Assembly (NCBI GenBank): GCA_038044245.1
Contig: JBBTAK010000011.1
Coordinates: 1-43,038, forward strand
Direction of reading: 5' to 3'
DNA from: Nanobdellota archaeon
GTDB taxonomy: Archaea; Nanobdellota; Nanobdellia; Pacearchaeales; GW2011-AR1
DNA length: 43,038 nucleotides
The notes under the pieces are model-generated. The model made no database searches, was not told the DNA's origin, and saw only the letters and a list, made by a program, of their open reading frames with translations. Positions 1-10,144 of this stretch are shown here, piece by piece. Position 1 is the stretch's first letter; each line of letters begins with the position of its first letter. The position numbers and the translations under genes are program-made.

Positions 1-1908
1 ATTTCACAGAAAAACTTTTTGGATTTCTTAAAAAAAGGCGAGATCTACAGGAAAGACTTTCCAACACTCTGGTGTCCTGAATGCCAGACAGCGATAGCCC
101 AGGCAGAATTGGAAGACAGGGAGATTCCAAGCACTTTTTCTTTCATTAAGTTTCATGCAGGAGGACACGAACTTCTGATAGCAACCACAAGGCCTGAGTT
201 GATAGAAGCATGCGTTGCAATATTTGTTAATCCAAAAGACAGCAGGTACAAAGGCCTGAAAGGAAAAAACGCAAAGGTTCCTCTATTTAATTTTGAAGTT
301 CCAATAATTGCAGACCCCAGTGCAGATCCTGAAAAAGGGACAGGGGCTATGATGATTTGTTCTTATGGGGATAAGTATGATATTGATGCAGTTGTAAGGC
401 ACAAACTTAAGCCAAGAATAGTTCTTGACAAACAAGGAAGAATGACTAATGGGAGATATAAGGGACTAAAAGTAAAAGAGGCAAGAAAAAAAATTCTTGA
501 AGACCTTAAAAATTCCGGCTTGGTCATTAAACAAGAGCATATAACTCATGCAGTTAATGTACATGACAAATGCGGGACAGAGATAGAATTTCTTCCTACA
601 GAGCAATGGTTCATAAAAATTCTTGACAAAAAAAAGATATGGCTTTCTCAGGGAAAGAAGATAAAATGGCACCCGGAACATATGAGAAAGAGGTATGAAA
701 ATTGGGTTAATGGGCTTAATTGGGACTGGAATATCTCAAGAGACAGGCATTTTGGAGTTCCGATTCCTGTTTGGGAATGCAAAAAATGTAAAGATATTAT
801 TCCGGCAGAAGAAAAAGAGTTGCCTGTTGATCCAATGCAAACAGCAAAAAAATGCAAAAAATGCGGTGCAGAAGCTGTTGGTGAATCCAAAGTCCTTGAT
901 ACCTGGGCAACATCTTCTCTGACTCCCCAGATAATATCTTCTCTTGTTGGAAACAAAGTCAAGATTCCCCTTTCTTTAAGGCCGCAGGCACACGATATAA
1001 TAAGAACATGGGCATTTTACACAATAGTCAAGTCTTATCTCATTGAAAAGAAATTTCCATGGGAAAATATAATGATTTCCGGGTTTGTCACCCTCGAAGG
1101 CGAGAAAATGTCAAAATCAAAAGGAAATGTTGTTGATCCAAAAGAGATAATAAATAATTATGGTGCAGATGCCTTGAGATTCTGGGCAGCTGGTTCAAAG
1201 CTTGGTGAAGACATGGAATACCAGGAAAAAGATGTTCAGGCAGGAAAAAGATTCGTAACAAAACTATGGAATGCTTCTAACTTCGTTTTTATGAATCTTA
1301 AGGATTACAAGCCGAAGAAACCCAAAAAACTTGAAAAGCTGGATGAATTATTTTTGAATGAATTGAACAGGGTTATTTACACGACAACAGGCAGATTTGT
1401 AGAATATAATTATTCAAAAGCCAGATCAGACACAGAAGAATTTTTTTGGAAAGATTTCTGCGATAACTATCTTGAAATTGTAAAATGGAGAGTTTACAAT
1501 GGAAACAAGCAGGAAAAAGAATCTGCATTTTACACATTATACACATCGCTTTTGACAATATTGAAGCTTATAGCTCCAATAACACCTTTCATAACAGAGC
1601 ATATTTATCAGGAACACTTTAAGAAAAATGAAAAAGAAAAAAGTATTCATATTTCTGAATGGCCAAAAGTAGAGAAACAAATATCTAAAGAATCTAGGCA
1701 TAAAATTGGATGGAATAAACTAAAAGATTTAATCTCAAAAATAAGAAAAGTAAAATCAGATAATAAAAAACCTATGAATTCTGAGATCATTCTTGGAGTT
1801 GATAAAAAGGCTTATTCTTATCTAAAAGAAGTTTTACAAGACCTTAAACATGTTACCAATGCTAAAGAAATTAAATCAGGAAAAGAGTTCAAGGTAGAAT
1901 TCATATAA
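1..1908 (+). CDS. valS: Valyl-tRNA synthetase, C-terminal ~630 aa (5' end lies outside the window)
   Basis: Frame 1 is open from nt 1; the listed start at 19 is an internal TTG. Class I aaRS KMSKSKGN motif. Editing-domain block ATTRPEL...GTGAMMICSYGDKYD is typical of archaeal ValRS. Also WCPECQTAIAQAELE and DWNISRDRHFGVPIPVW. Confidence 0.9.
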   Translation: MSQKNFLDFLKKGEIYRKDFPTLWCPECQTAIAQAELEDREIPSTFSFIKFHAGGHELLIATTRPELIEACVAIFVNPKDSRYKGLKGKNAKVPLFNFEVPIIADPSADPEKGTGAMMICSYGDKYDIDAVVRHKLKPRIVLDKQGRMTNGRYKGLKVKEARKKILEDLKNSGLVIKQEHITHAVNVHDKCGTEIEFLPTEQWFIKILDKKKIWLSQGKKIKWHPEHMRKRYENWVNGLNWDWNISRDRHFGVPIPVWECKKCKDIIPAEEKELPVDPMQTAKKCKKCGAEAVGESKVLDTWATSSLTPQIISSLVGNKVKIPLSLRPQAHDIIRTWAFYTIVKSYLIEKKFPWENIMISGFVTLEGEKMSKSKGNVVDPKEIINNYGADALRFWAAGSKLGEDMEYQEKDVQAGKRFVTKLWNASNFVFMNLKDYKPKKPKKLEKLDELFLNELNRVIYTTTGRFVEYNYSKARSDTEEFFWKDFCDNYLEIVKWRVYNGNKQEKESAFYTLYTSLLTILKLIAPITPFITEHIYQEHFKKNEKEKSIHISEWPKVEKQISKESRHKIGWNKLKDLISKIRKVKSDNKKPMNSEIILGVDKKAYSYLKEVLQDLKHVTNAKEIKSGKEFKVEFI

Positions 1909-1909
1909 A

Positions 1910-2998
1910 ATGTCAATGACAAAGCAGGAACTGGCAGAATTGGTAGAACAGCTTGAGCAGTATAAAGCCAGAGCAACAGAGCTAATAACAGTGTATATTC
2001 CTATTGGCCAAAATATTTACACTGTGGCCGACCAGCTGGAAGCTGAAAAATCAACTGCAAAGAACATAAAATCCGCAGGAACAAGAAAAAATGTTGGAAA
2101 TGCCCTTGACAAGATAACTAGGCAGCTGAAAGAATACAAGAAAACTCCTGAAAAAGGCCTTGCCCTTTTTGCCGGAAATGTTTCAAAGATTGAAGGACAA
2201 GATGACTTAAAAATTTGGGCTGTGGAACCAATGATGCCACTGAAAACAAGAATGTACCGGTGTGACAAGGAATTTATTCTTGATCCTTTAAAAGAAATGC
2301 TCGAAGTGACAGAAGTTTTTGGCCTTCTCGTTATGGACAGGAAAGAGGCAACCATGGGATTGCTGGAAGGAAAGAGAATAGATGTTCTTAATAAAATGAC
2401 TTCGGGAATTCCTTCAAAGGTAAGGGCGGGAGGACAAAGCTCACAAAGGTTCCATAGGATTACAGAAGGCTTGACAAAGGAATTCTACAACAGGGTTGCA
2501 GAGGACATGAAGAAGATTTTTCTTGGAATGCCAAAACTCAAGGGAATATTAATTGGGGGGCCCATACCAACTAAAGATGAATTTCTGGAAGGTGAATATC
2601 TGACAGACCAGCTTCAGAGAAAGGTTTTGGGAAAGATAGACATGGGCGATTCCTCCGAATCAGGCCTGAAAGAACTAGTGGAAAGGTCTCATGGGCTTCT
2701 CGTAGACCACGAGAGGCTTAGGGAAAAGAAAGAGGTTGAAACATTTTTCAGAGTTTTGGGAGAAGATCCTGAAAAATCGACTCTTGGAGAAAAAGACACC
2801 AGAAGAGCTTTGGAAATGGGTGCTGTTGCTACTTTGTATCTAAGCTCAAAACTTGAAAAATCCAAGGTAAAAGAGCTTTCAAAAATGGCTGAAGATATGG
2901 GATCAGAAATAAAAATAATCTCTGCAGAAACTCCCGAAGGAGAGCAATTCTGGAATATGAAAGGCATAGGGGCAATATTAAGATTCAAGATTGGATGA
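1910..2998 (+). CDS. prf1: Peptide chain release factor aRF1
   Basis: NIKS motif (TAKNIKSAG) and GGQ motif (RAGGQSSQRF). Typical aRF1 N-terminus (TELITVYIPIGQNI). Starts 1 nt after the valS stop. Confidence 0.93.
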   Translation: MSMTKQELAELVEQLEQYKARATELITVYIPIGQNIYTVADQLEAEKSTAKNIKSAGTRKNVGNALDKITRQLKEYKKTPEKGLALFAGNVSKIEGQDDLKIWAVEPMMPLKTRMYRCDKEFILDPLKEMLEVTEVFGLLVMDRKEATMGLLEGKRIDVLNKMTSGIPSKVRAGGQSSQRFHRITEGLTKEFYNRVAEDMKKIFLGMPKLKGILIGGPIPTKDEFLEGEYLTDQLQRKVLGKIDMGDSSESGLKELVERSHGLLVDHERLREKKEVETFFRVLGEDPEKSTLGEKDTRRALEMGAVATLYLSSKLEKSKVKELSKMAEDMGSEIKIISAETPEGEQFWNMKGIGAILRFKIG

Positions 2999-3646
2999 GT
3001 GGCTGAAAGATTTAAAACTATGGTGAAAAATAAAGACTTGCTATTCTGGCTTTTTGGAGCTTTTTTAATCCTTATTGGAGTTCTTGCATTTTTTAACGCC
3101 TTTACACATCTGGATTCTGCAATTCCCCTATGGTTTTCCTACATTGCAGTATTTCTTATTGGAATTGGAATCATAACAAAGAATTCTGACTTAATTGCAA
3201 TACAGGCAAACATACTTTTAATACCATATATCTTTTGGAACATTGATTTCTTTTACCAGCTAATAACCAACAGTTCCCTATGGGGCATTACAGATTATTT
3301 TTTTATTGTTGGATTCATGAACTCCCTGGGAAACTTCATAACTTTGGAGCATATCTATATCATTCCTGTTGCCCTTGGTTTCATATTTCTCCTTGGCTTG
3401 AACAGGAAAGACCTGTGGAAAATCAGCTTTCTTGAGATAGCAATAATATTCTTCATCACATTTTTCTTTTCTTCAAGAGATATGAATGCAAACTGCGTTT
3501 TTGAATCGTGTGCAAGTTTTATTTCTATCGGAAGCCCGGGCTATCAGTTTTTCTGGTTTTTTGCCATGTTCCTGATGGTATTTTTGACAAACACTCTGCT
3601 TGTTTTTCTGATGAAAAAGGCAGGCAGGCTAAAAAAATCAAAATAA
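2999..3646 (+). CDS. Hypothetical polytopic membrane protein
   Basis: 215-aa ORF with several hydrophobic helices. GTG start abuts the prf1 stop; an alternative ATG lies at 3020. No recognisable family. Confidence 0.55.
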   Translation: MAERFKTMVKNKDLLFWLFGAFLILIGVLAFFNAFTHLDSAIPLWFSYIAVFLIGIGIITKNSDLIAIQANILLIPYIFWNIDFFYQLITNSSLWGITDYFFIVGFMNSLGNFITLEHIYIIPVALGFIFLLGLNRKDLWKISFLEIAIIFFITFFFSSRDMNANCVFESCASFISIGSPGYQFFWFFAMFLMVFLTNTLLVFLMKKAGRLKKSK

Positions 3647-3702
3647 AGGTAAAAAAGGAAAGAAAAGAATAGGTTTAAAACTTCTTTGGGTTTTCAATAA
3701 CC

Positions 3703-4260
3703 ATGCAACCTGATGAAGAGAACAAAGTACAGGAAGAAATTGATGAGGCAAAAGAGAAGGAAGCAAAGAGTGTTATAGAATCCATACTCTTCGTATCCGG
3801 AAAGTTCCTGGACATGAAGGCACTCATTACTCTTTCTGATATGAATCCCATAATCATAAGGGAAATTCTTGAAGACCTGAAGAAATCCTATGATGAGAGA
3901 GAATCTGCCATCAGGATAATTGAAAAAAATGGGATGTGGAAAATGGATGTTAAACAGGAATTTGCAAACATAACCACGCGACTTGCTGGAGGCAGCAGTG
4001 AATTTACCAAGGCAGAACAGGAAACCCTTGCAATAATAGCGTTCAAACAGCCAATAAAACAGTCTGTCATTGTGAAGATAAGGGGAAACAAGGCCTATGA
4101 CCACATAAAAAAATTCTCGGAATTGGATTTAGTAAACAAAAAAAGGCAGGGGCATACCCACGAGCTTACACTGTCCCAGGAATTTTATGATTATTTTGGA
4201 GTTTCAGAGCCAAAAACTCCAGAAAAAACAGCAGCGACAGAAATGGCAGAAACAGATTAA
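3703..4260 (+). CDS. scpB: Segregation and condensation protein B (ScpB-like)
   Basis: IESILFVSGKFLDMKAL and LAIIAFKQPIKQSVIVKIRGNKAYDHIKKF resemble the two winged-helix repeats of ScpB. Acidic N-terminus. Confidence 0.7.
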   Translation: MQPDEENKVQEEIDEAKEKEAKSVIESILFVSGKFLDMKALITLSDMNPIIIREILEDLKKSYDERESAIRIIEKNGMWKMDVKQEFANITTRLAGGSSEFTKAEQETLAIIAFKQPIKQSVIVKIRGNKAYDHIKKFSELDLVNKKRQGHTHELTLSQEFYDYFGVSEPKTPEKTAATEMAETD

Positions 4261-4283
4261 ACAAAACACAGATCAATTAAAAT

Positions 4284-5525
4284 ATGGAAATCATAACTGT
4301 TATCATTTACCTGTCCATATATCTGGGACTTTTTGCCACTACTTTTTATATTCTCAGCTTTGTCCATTATTCAAGAAAGAAAAGGGAGTTTTATACAGAC
4401 AAGGAACTTCCGGCTGTTTCTGTCATAATTCCGGCATATAACGAAGAAGAGACAATAGAAAAAACACTGAAGTCTGTCTTAAAATCAGATTATCCTGATT
4501 TTGATGTCATAGTTATAGATGATGGAAGCACAGACAACACTTTAAAGATTGCCAGAAAATTTGAAAATGAGAAAGTAAGAGTTTTTCACAAGGAAAACGG
4601 GGGAAAAGGAACCGCATTAAACCTCGGAATAAAAAGGGCAAAAGGAAAAATTATATTCACCATGGACGCCGACACAACAGTTGATACAAAAAGCATGAAA
4701 AACATGGTAAGATTTTTCAAAGATGAAGAAATAATGTGTGTGAGTCCTGCTATTGTCATAGACAAACCAAAAAATATTCTCCAAAGAGTCCAGTATATGG
4801 AATACCTTCTCGGACTTTTCCTGAGAAAAGCCTTCGCCTCTTTAAAGTCAATATACATCACTCCTGGAGCTTTTTCTGCTTACAGAAAAACATTTTTTGA
4901 CAAATACGGATTGTATGATGTTGGAAATCCGACAGAAGACCTGGAAATGGCGTTAAGAATCCAATATAAAGGATTCTACACTGAAAATTGTCCAGAGGCT
5001 CCCGTATACACAATTGCTCCCTCAAAATTCAAGGAGCTGATGATACAGAGAAGGAGATGGTACTTTGGATTGCTGAAAAACCTGTGGACTTACAGAAAAA
5101 TCATAGGAAAAAAATACGGCGACCTTGGAAGCTTTGTCATACCAACAGCATTGGTGAGCATAATTCTTTCAGTTATTGTCGTCGTGTACATGTTCTTCAA
5201 GACTGTTTTTGAAGTTAAAGACACTCTGGTTTTTTATCAGAGCATTAATTTTGATTTTTCAAGCGTATTTAACATAAATCTTTATTTCATAGAAAGGGTT
5301 CTGTTCATTTTCTTCAGCAAGCCTGTCGTGCTTTTTATTCTTCTGTTCATGGCTGTCCTTGGCTTTTACATGCATTATGCCTCAAAAAAAATAGGGAGGC
5401 TTTCAGGTTTATTCGTCAATCTCGTGCTTTTTTACCTGTTTTTTGCAATTCTTTTCGGGTTATGGTGGGTGATTACTCTGTTCTACACGGCATTTTCAAA
5501 AACTGTAAAATGGAGGGAGCTATAA
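4284..5525 (+). CDS. Family 2 glycosyltransferase, processive type, membrane-embedded
   Basis: VSVIIPAYNEEETI, VIVIDDGSTDNT, DAD (TMDADTTV) and QRRRW motifs. N- and C-terminal TM helices. Confidence 0.85.
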   Translation: MEIITVIIYLSIYLGLFATTFYILSFVHYSRKKREFYTDKELPAVSVIIPAYNEEETIEKTLKSVLKSDYPDFDVIVIDDGSTDNTLKIARKFENEKVRVFHKENGGKGTALNLGIKRAKGKIIFTMDADTTVDTKSMKNMVRFFKDEEIMCVSPAIVIDKPKNILQRVQYMEYLLGLFLRKAFASLKSIYITPGAFSAYRKTFFDKYGLYDVGNPTEDLEMALRIQYKGFYTENCPEAPVYTIAPSKFKELMIQRRRWYFGLLKNLWTYRKIIGKKYGDLGSFVIPTALVSIILSVIVVVYMFFKTVFEVKDTLVFYQSINFDFSSVFNINLYFIERVLFIFFSKPVVLFILLFMAVLGFYMHYASKKIGRLSGLFVNLVLFYLFFAILFGLWWVITLFYTAFSKTVKWREL

Positions 5526-5574
5526 AAGAGAGAAACTTATATAAGTTTTAATCGTTTTTCATCAGAACCAAAAC

Positions 5575-6237
5575 ATGGAAAAAAGAAAGTATGAAAGCAA
5601 GAACAGGTATCTCGTATCTCTGTTAATAGCAACACTCGTTTTCCTGCTCATCTTTGCAATAAGCTATTCAATATCTTACCTTGAGCTTCAGAGGGTTTCC
5701 AATCTTCAGGTTGGCGTTGGCTATGACATCTTCCAGGACAAGCTGGATTATTCCCTGTTCAATGCATCGATATGTAATGACAATTCTCTGAACAAGGTAT
5801 CCAAAGACCTTGGCTTTCAGGGAAGAATAATAGACGACCTTGAAAGAAGGCTTGGAAAACAGAATGAGAATGTCCTTCTTAGGAAGCAGTTTTATTCACT
5901 CATAGAGCTTGAGCATTTCGAGTTTGTCAGGGATTTCAACAAGAACTGCGTAAAACCATGGGAAACAGAAGAGAGAATAAACACCATATTCTTCTTTTAT
6001 TCCAACAATGAATCTTATCTCAAAGACAGCGAGGAAGCAGGAAGAATCCTTGAAAGCGTTGTCAACAGGAACGAGAATCTCCTTGTTTATTCTTTTGATG
6101 TAGACCTTAGCAGCAATCTTGTGGATAAACTGGAAAGAAAATATGGCGTAACAGAATCTCCGACAGTAGTAATAAATGAAAAGACCAAGTTAAAACTTCC
6201 GGCAAATATACTTGAAATAGAAAAATACCTTTTCTAG
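5575..6237 (+). CDS. Hypothetical N-terminally membrane-anchored protein
   Basis: One N-terminal TM helix (LVSLLIATLVFLLIFAISYSI). The C-terminal ...ESPTVVINEKTKL is loosely thioredoxin-fold-like but has no CxxC. Confidence 0.5.
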   Translation: MEKRKYESKNRYLVSLLIATLVFLLIFAISYSISYLELQRVSNLQVGVGYDIFQDKLDYSLFNASICNDNSLNKVSKDLGFQGRIIDDLERRLGKQNENVLLRKQFYSLIELEHFEFVRDFNKNCVKPWETEERINTIFFFYSNNESYLKDSEEAGRILESVVNRNENLLVYSFDVDLSSNLVDKLERKYGVTESPTVVINEKTKLKLPANILEIEKYLF

Positions 6238-6306
6238 CTATGTTGCCTATGCAATTATATACAATTTTATAGAAATATTAAAAAACACCCCTAGCTCCTG
6301 CCTGCT

Positions 6307-7125
6307 ATGGAAGAAACGTGTTCTATATGCGGAATATCTGGAAAGATGAGGAATGTGTTTGAGGTTATCTCTCCAAAAGGAGTAGTTCTCGCATGTGAAA
6401 AATGCATTTCTGAAGAAGGATTCCCAATATTAAAAAGGCCTGACAAAAGAGTCTTTGACGAATCTGACAGGAAAAGCAGAGTTTCTGACGTAATGGAGAG
6501 GCTTACAGGAGTAAAACCAAAAGAGCGGGAAAGGCGCGAGTTTGGGGGAAAGGAAAAAACGCTCAGGGAAATAGTTGATAAAAGACATGAAGAAAAGACC
6601 AAGGTGCAGGGCCTTAACTTAAAACCAAGACCAGACCTTGTGGATAATTTTCATTGGATAATAATGCGGGTAAGGAGATTAAGAGGGATTACACAAGGAC
6701 AGCTCGCAGAAGCAATAGGAGAGGCAGAATCAGCGGTAAAAATGGCAGAGCAGGGCGTTGTCCCCCCAGGTTATGGTCTCGTGGACAAGCTTGAACGTTT
6801 TCTCAGAGTAAAGCTGATAAGGGAAAGGAATTTTCATGACCCTTTGTTTGCCATGACACAATTTCTGGAAAAAAGCAAATCCCAGGAAAAAAATCCAAGA
6901 ATATTTTCTCAATCACAGCCAAAAATATTCTCGCAGCCGCAGCAAAAGAAAGCCATCAGCTTTGACAGGCAAATTCTTGATTCATTGACTATTTCTGACT
7001 TGAAAAGAATTAAAATGGAAAAAGAGAGGGAAAACATCAAATTGATGGAAGACGAGTATGCCAAGGAAAAGGCGTTTGGAAAACCGGAAACAAGAGAAGC
7101 AGAACTGGACGAGGAAGAACCATAA
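6307..7125 (+). CDS. MBF1-like transcription cofactor (Zn ribbon + XRE-type HTH) with a long charged C-terminal tail
   Basis: N-terminal CSICG...CEKC zinc ribbon. HTH segment MRVRRLRGITQGQLAEAIGEAESAVKMAEQG. The architecture matches archaeal MBF1; the extra ~100-aa tail is atypical. Confidence 0.6.
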   Translation: MEETCSICGISGKMRNVFEVISPKGVVLACEKCISEEGFPILKRPDKRVFDESDRKSRVSDVMERLTGVKPKERERREFGGKEKTLREIVDKRHEEKTKVQGLNLKPRPDLVDNFHWIIMRVRRLRGITQGQLAEAIGEAESAVKMAEQGVVPPGYGLVDKLERFLRVKLIRERNFHDPLFAMTQFLEKSKSQEKNPRIFSQSQPKIFSQPQQKKAISFDRQILDSLTISDLKRIKMEKERENIKLMEDEYAKEKAFGKPETREAELDEEEP

Positions 7126-7162
7126 ACCATAGATTTTTAAAGGAAAATTCTGATTTCTTATC

Positions 7163-7435
7163 ATGGAAGACACTAAACTGGAGATTCTAAAAATTTCAAA
7201 GGATGAAATTGAGGCAAGGATAGGAAGCATGACTCTTGTTGAAATTCTGCGCGTGTACTTAAACAAAGATTCCTCTGTAAGCTTTGCTGCCTGGAAAAGG
7301 GAGCATCCCTCTGAGAAGCCGATACTGAAAGTCACAACGAAAGGAAAAACCGCAAAAAAAGCCATAAGCGACGCAGTTGCTTCAATAATAAAAGACCTGG
7401 ACAAGACAGAAGAAGCCTTCAAGAAGATGAAGTAA
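7163..7435 (+). CDS. rpoL: DNA-directed RNA polymerase subunit L (Rpo11)
   Basis: 90 aa. ...TLVEILRVYLNKDSSVSFAAWKREHPSEKPILKVTTKGKTAKKAISDAV... matches the RpoL/Rpo11 pattern (HTLGNLLR..V.FA.Y...HPL...P.L.I.T.G). Confidence 0.75.
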   Translation: MEDTKLEILKISKDEIEARIGSMTLVEILRVYLNKDSSVSFAAWKREHPSEKPILKVTTKGKTAKKAISDAVASIIKDLDKTEEAFKKMK

Positions 7436-7468
7436 ATCCTTAAAAAGCACCGATTTTATTCTTTTTCT

Positions 7469-7882
7469 GTGGCAAATAAATTAGAATCAAGAGTCAAAGG
7501 TCTTGGGAGAAAAAATATTCCTGGAAGATACAACGGATTTAAAACTCCCTTAGATTTTTTCAGAGCCAATAAGAGATACCACAATTTAACAAGACATGAA
7601 TTATCTGAAAATGACCCTGGTTTGTACAGAACATTATTAAGACATGGACAATTGGAAGAAGCTATTCCAGATGTAATGTTTGAGAGTAGAAGTGGAAGAC
7701 CCCCATTATCCAAAGAAGAAATTGAGAAAATTGCCCAGATTTACTCTCAAACTAGAAGTATCACTAAAACAGCATGCCTTACATGGCACAGTTGGGATAC
7801 CATTTCAAAATATTTAATACATCTCGGAATAAAAATAAAATCAAAATCTAGGCCAGAACCCCTGCCAGAATATCTTCTTTGA
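7469..7882 (+). CDS. Small DNA-binding protein with Hin/resolvase-type HTH
   Basis: GTG start. C-terminal half SGRPPLSKEEIEKIAQIYSQTRSITKTACLTWHSWDTISKYL fits the GRP..L....I......G.S......G.S..T..RYL HTH pattern of resolvases and transposase N-termini. No catalytic domain. Confidence 0.5.
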   Translation: MANKLESRVKGLGRKNIPGRYNGFKTPLDFFRANKRYHNLTRHELSENDPGLYRTLLRHGQLEEAIPDVMFESRSGRPPLSKEEIEKIAQIYSQTRSITKTACLTWHSWDTISKYLIHLGIKIKSKSRPEPLPEYLL

Positions 7883-7927
7883 TACCACAACAATTCTTAT
7901 TAATCTTATCCCCTGTTTCTGAATGAG

Positions 7928-8674
7928 ATGGAACCTGAAGCAACAGAGAAAGTTTCTGCAGGAAGCTTTGACCTCAACAAATGGCTTTACGGAGGCTATG
8001 AAGCAGGCATTATAACTATGATTGCAGGTCCTCCTGCAAGCGGGAAGACTAATTTTGTTATTCTTGCTGCATGCAGCCAGGCAAAGAAAGGCAACAAAGT
8101 CGTTTTTATTGATACAGAAGGCGGTTTTTCTACAGAAAGGGTAAAGCAGATTGTTGGTGAGAATTACAAGGAAATTTTGAAAAACATCCTGTTTCTGCAG
8201 CCTATGGATTTTTTTGAGCAGAGGAAAATATTCAACAAGCTGGCAGAGCAGGTCAAAAAAGAAAATATCGGCCTCTTAATTGTTGATGGCATGGCTATGC
8301 ATTACCGCCTTGAGCTTGGAAATGTTAAGAACAAGGAGGCAGCATCTGCAGAAGACATAAAAAAAGTTAATCGGGCTTTGGCATGGCAGATGAAGACTCT
8401 TGCAGAAATCTCCAGAAAGCAGAGAATTCCTGTGATAATAACAAATCAGGTTTATTCTGAATTCCTGTCTGAAGATGACAGGAAAAAGGGCATAAAACCG
8501 GGAGTAAACCTCGTTGGAGGAGACCTGATGAAGTACTGGAGCAAAACCATCATTGAGCTGAAGAACGAGGATGGAAAAAGGAAAGCTGTATTGCTTAAAC
8601 ACAGAAGCCTTCCGAACAAGGATATGAATTTTGAGATAAAGGAAAAGGGTATATTTCGCAGAGGATGGTTGTAA
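7928..8674 (+). CDS. radB: DNA repair and recombination protein RadB
   Basis: RecA-fold with Walker A GPPASGKT. VVFIDTEGGFSTERVKQI, LLIVDGMAMHYR, ITNQV. The ~250-aa size without an N-terminal HhH domain indicates RadB rather than RadA. Confidence 0.85.
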   Translation: MEPEATEKVSAGSFDLNKWLYGGYEAGIITMIAGPPASGKTNFVILAACSQAKKGNKVVFIDTEGGFSTERVKQIVGENYKEILKNILFLQPMDFFEQRKIFNKLAEQVKKENIGLLIVDGMAMHYRLELGNVKNKEAASAEDIKKVNRALAWQMKTLAEISRKQRIPVIITNQVYSEFLSEDDRKKGIKPGVNLVGGDLMKYWSKTIIELKNEDGKRKAVLLKHRSLPNKDMNFEIKEKGIFRRGWL

Positions 8675-8932
8675 CATTCCAAATTCGCCCAAAGACTTCC
8701 GCGAGAAGAACTCGCATCGTAAGCGTGGTCAAATTAAAGGGTGCTATAAGCGGCTGCAATAATATTTCAAACTCCCAGGTAGTTCTCAAAGATTTTAAAG
8801 AGGTTTTGGTTGTATTTCTAATAGGAGGAAGTATTATAATTTAAATATTATAAAATAAGTTCATAACAGGTTAAACTATTATATTAATTAACATCTAAAG
8901 GTTTTTCTCAGTTAAAATATCAAATATAAAAA

Positions 8933-10144
8933 ATGACAGAGGACATTCGTTTTGAGGTAATAAAGAAGATAGCTGATACGAGATTCAGATACAGAGACAT
9001 AGGGAAAATCTCCCAGATTGAGGCGAGCAGCCCTCCAAGCGTTTTCATTGGATCAAAGCTAAAATATCCTCTTGTAAATGTTGGAATCCTTAGCCCGCTG
9101 GAAAAAGATGAAGATGCATGGATTTATGACAAACCAGAGTTTTGGGCTAAAAACAATTTTGGGATAAGGGATGTTGTCAGTCTAAGAGAAAGCCTTCTTA
9201 ATTCAAGATTTCAGTCAAATGTCACTTCACCGAGAAGCGGCGAGAAGAAATTCGTTGAAATGGCCCAGGAACTTGCGCTTGCTTCAAAGCCTGTTGATGT
9301 TGAAATAGAATTCATGGGAAGAGTTGGTCCTGGATTCAGGAGAGACAGGATAGTTCTTCCCCAGGGAATGAATGCTCCATTGAAAAAAGCAAAAATTACA
9401 GGAAACGTGAAGATTGATTCAAAGCTGGATAAGGTAATGAACGATGAGATAAAAGCCACAGACGCCATAGAGTTTCTTTACAAGAATAGCTTCTCAGAAT
9501 ACACATTGAGCAAAGTTCTTTCTGTTGGAGTTCTTGGCATGAAAAAAGACAGGAGGCTTGTTCCAACACGCTGGTCAATCACAGCGACAGACGACATGCT
9601 CGGAAAAAATCTCCTTAAAAAAATCAGGACTTACAAATGGATTGAGAATCACGAATTATTCTTTGGGGAATTCATGGGAAACTGTTATTTAATAATGCTT
9701 TTCCCGAATGTTTTTTCTTACGAGCTTTTTGAATTGTATCTTCCTGGAAGCTCGTGGAATCCCGGAAAAGAGATAAAGGCTTCCACAGACATGGAGGATT
9801 TTTATGGAAGAAGCAGCTATGCCTCAAGTACTGCTGGAGGTTATTATGCATCAAGGCTTCCTGTACTAGAATATCTGGAAAAAGAACAGAGACAGGCGAG
9901 CGTTTTAGTAATTAGAATAGAATTACCTACCTATTGGGCAGCTTTAGGAGTATGGGTATGCAGAGAAGCTACAAAGAAAGCTATGTCAACCAAATCACTC
10001 CAATTCCAAGACAAAAAGGAATTAATAGAGAGTTCTAAGAAAGTCAGCATGATAAAATTCGGTTTTGATCCCGCTAAAATTTTTAAGAAAAGTAAGTTAA
10101 TCGCTTCTTTAGACCAAAAAAGTCTTACCGAATTCTTTTCGTAA
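8933..10144 (+). CDS. nreA: Nre-family DNA repair protein (DUF650/DUF651 type) ending in a PIP box
   Basis: N-terminal SSPPSVFIGSKLKYPLVNVGILSP and ~400-aa length are typical of archaeal Nre proteins. C-terminus QKSLTEFFS is a canonical QxxLxxFF PCNA-interaction motif (nt 10115-10138). Confidence 0.72.
   Translation: MTEDIRFEVIKKIADTRFRYRDIGKISQIEASSPPSVFIGSKLKYPLVNVGILSPLEKDEDAWIYDKPEFWAKNNFGIRDVVSLRESLLNSRFQSNVTSPRSGEKKFVEMAQELALASKPVDVEIEFMGRVGPGFRRDRIVLPQGMNAPLKKAKITGNVKIDSKLDKVMNDEIKATDAIEFLYKNSFSEYTLSKVLSVGVLGMKKDRRLVPTRWSITATDDMLGKNLLKKIRTYKWIENHELFFGEFMGNCYLIMLFPNVFSYELFELYLPGSSWNPGKEIKASTDMEDFYGRSSYASSTAGGYYASRLPVLEYLEKEQRQASVLVIRIELPTYWAALGVWVCREATKKAMSTKSLQFQDKKELIESSKKVSMIKFGFDPAKIFKKSKLIASLDQKSLTEFFS

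Noticed and set aside
6895-6950. Short tandem repeat encoding IFSQSQPK/IFSQPQQK in the MBF1-like tail.
   Set aside because: Only two imperfect copies occur within a low-complexity tail. No evidence of function beyond compositional bias.
8665-8844. 59-codon plus-strand ORF (MVVTFQIRPKTSARRTRIV...) starting inside the radB stop region.
   Set aside because: It has no recognisable features, overlaps the radB end, and its C-terminal half is read from AT-rich promoter-like DNA. I treat the region as non-coding.
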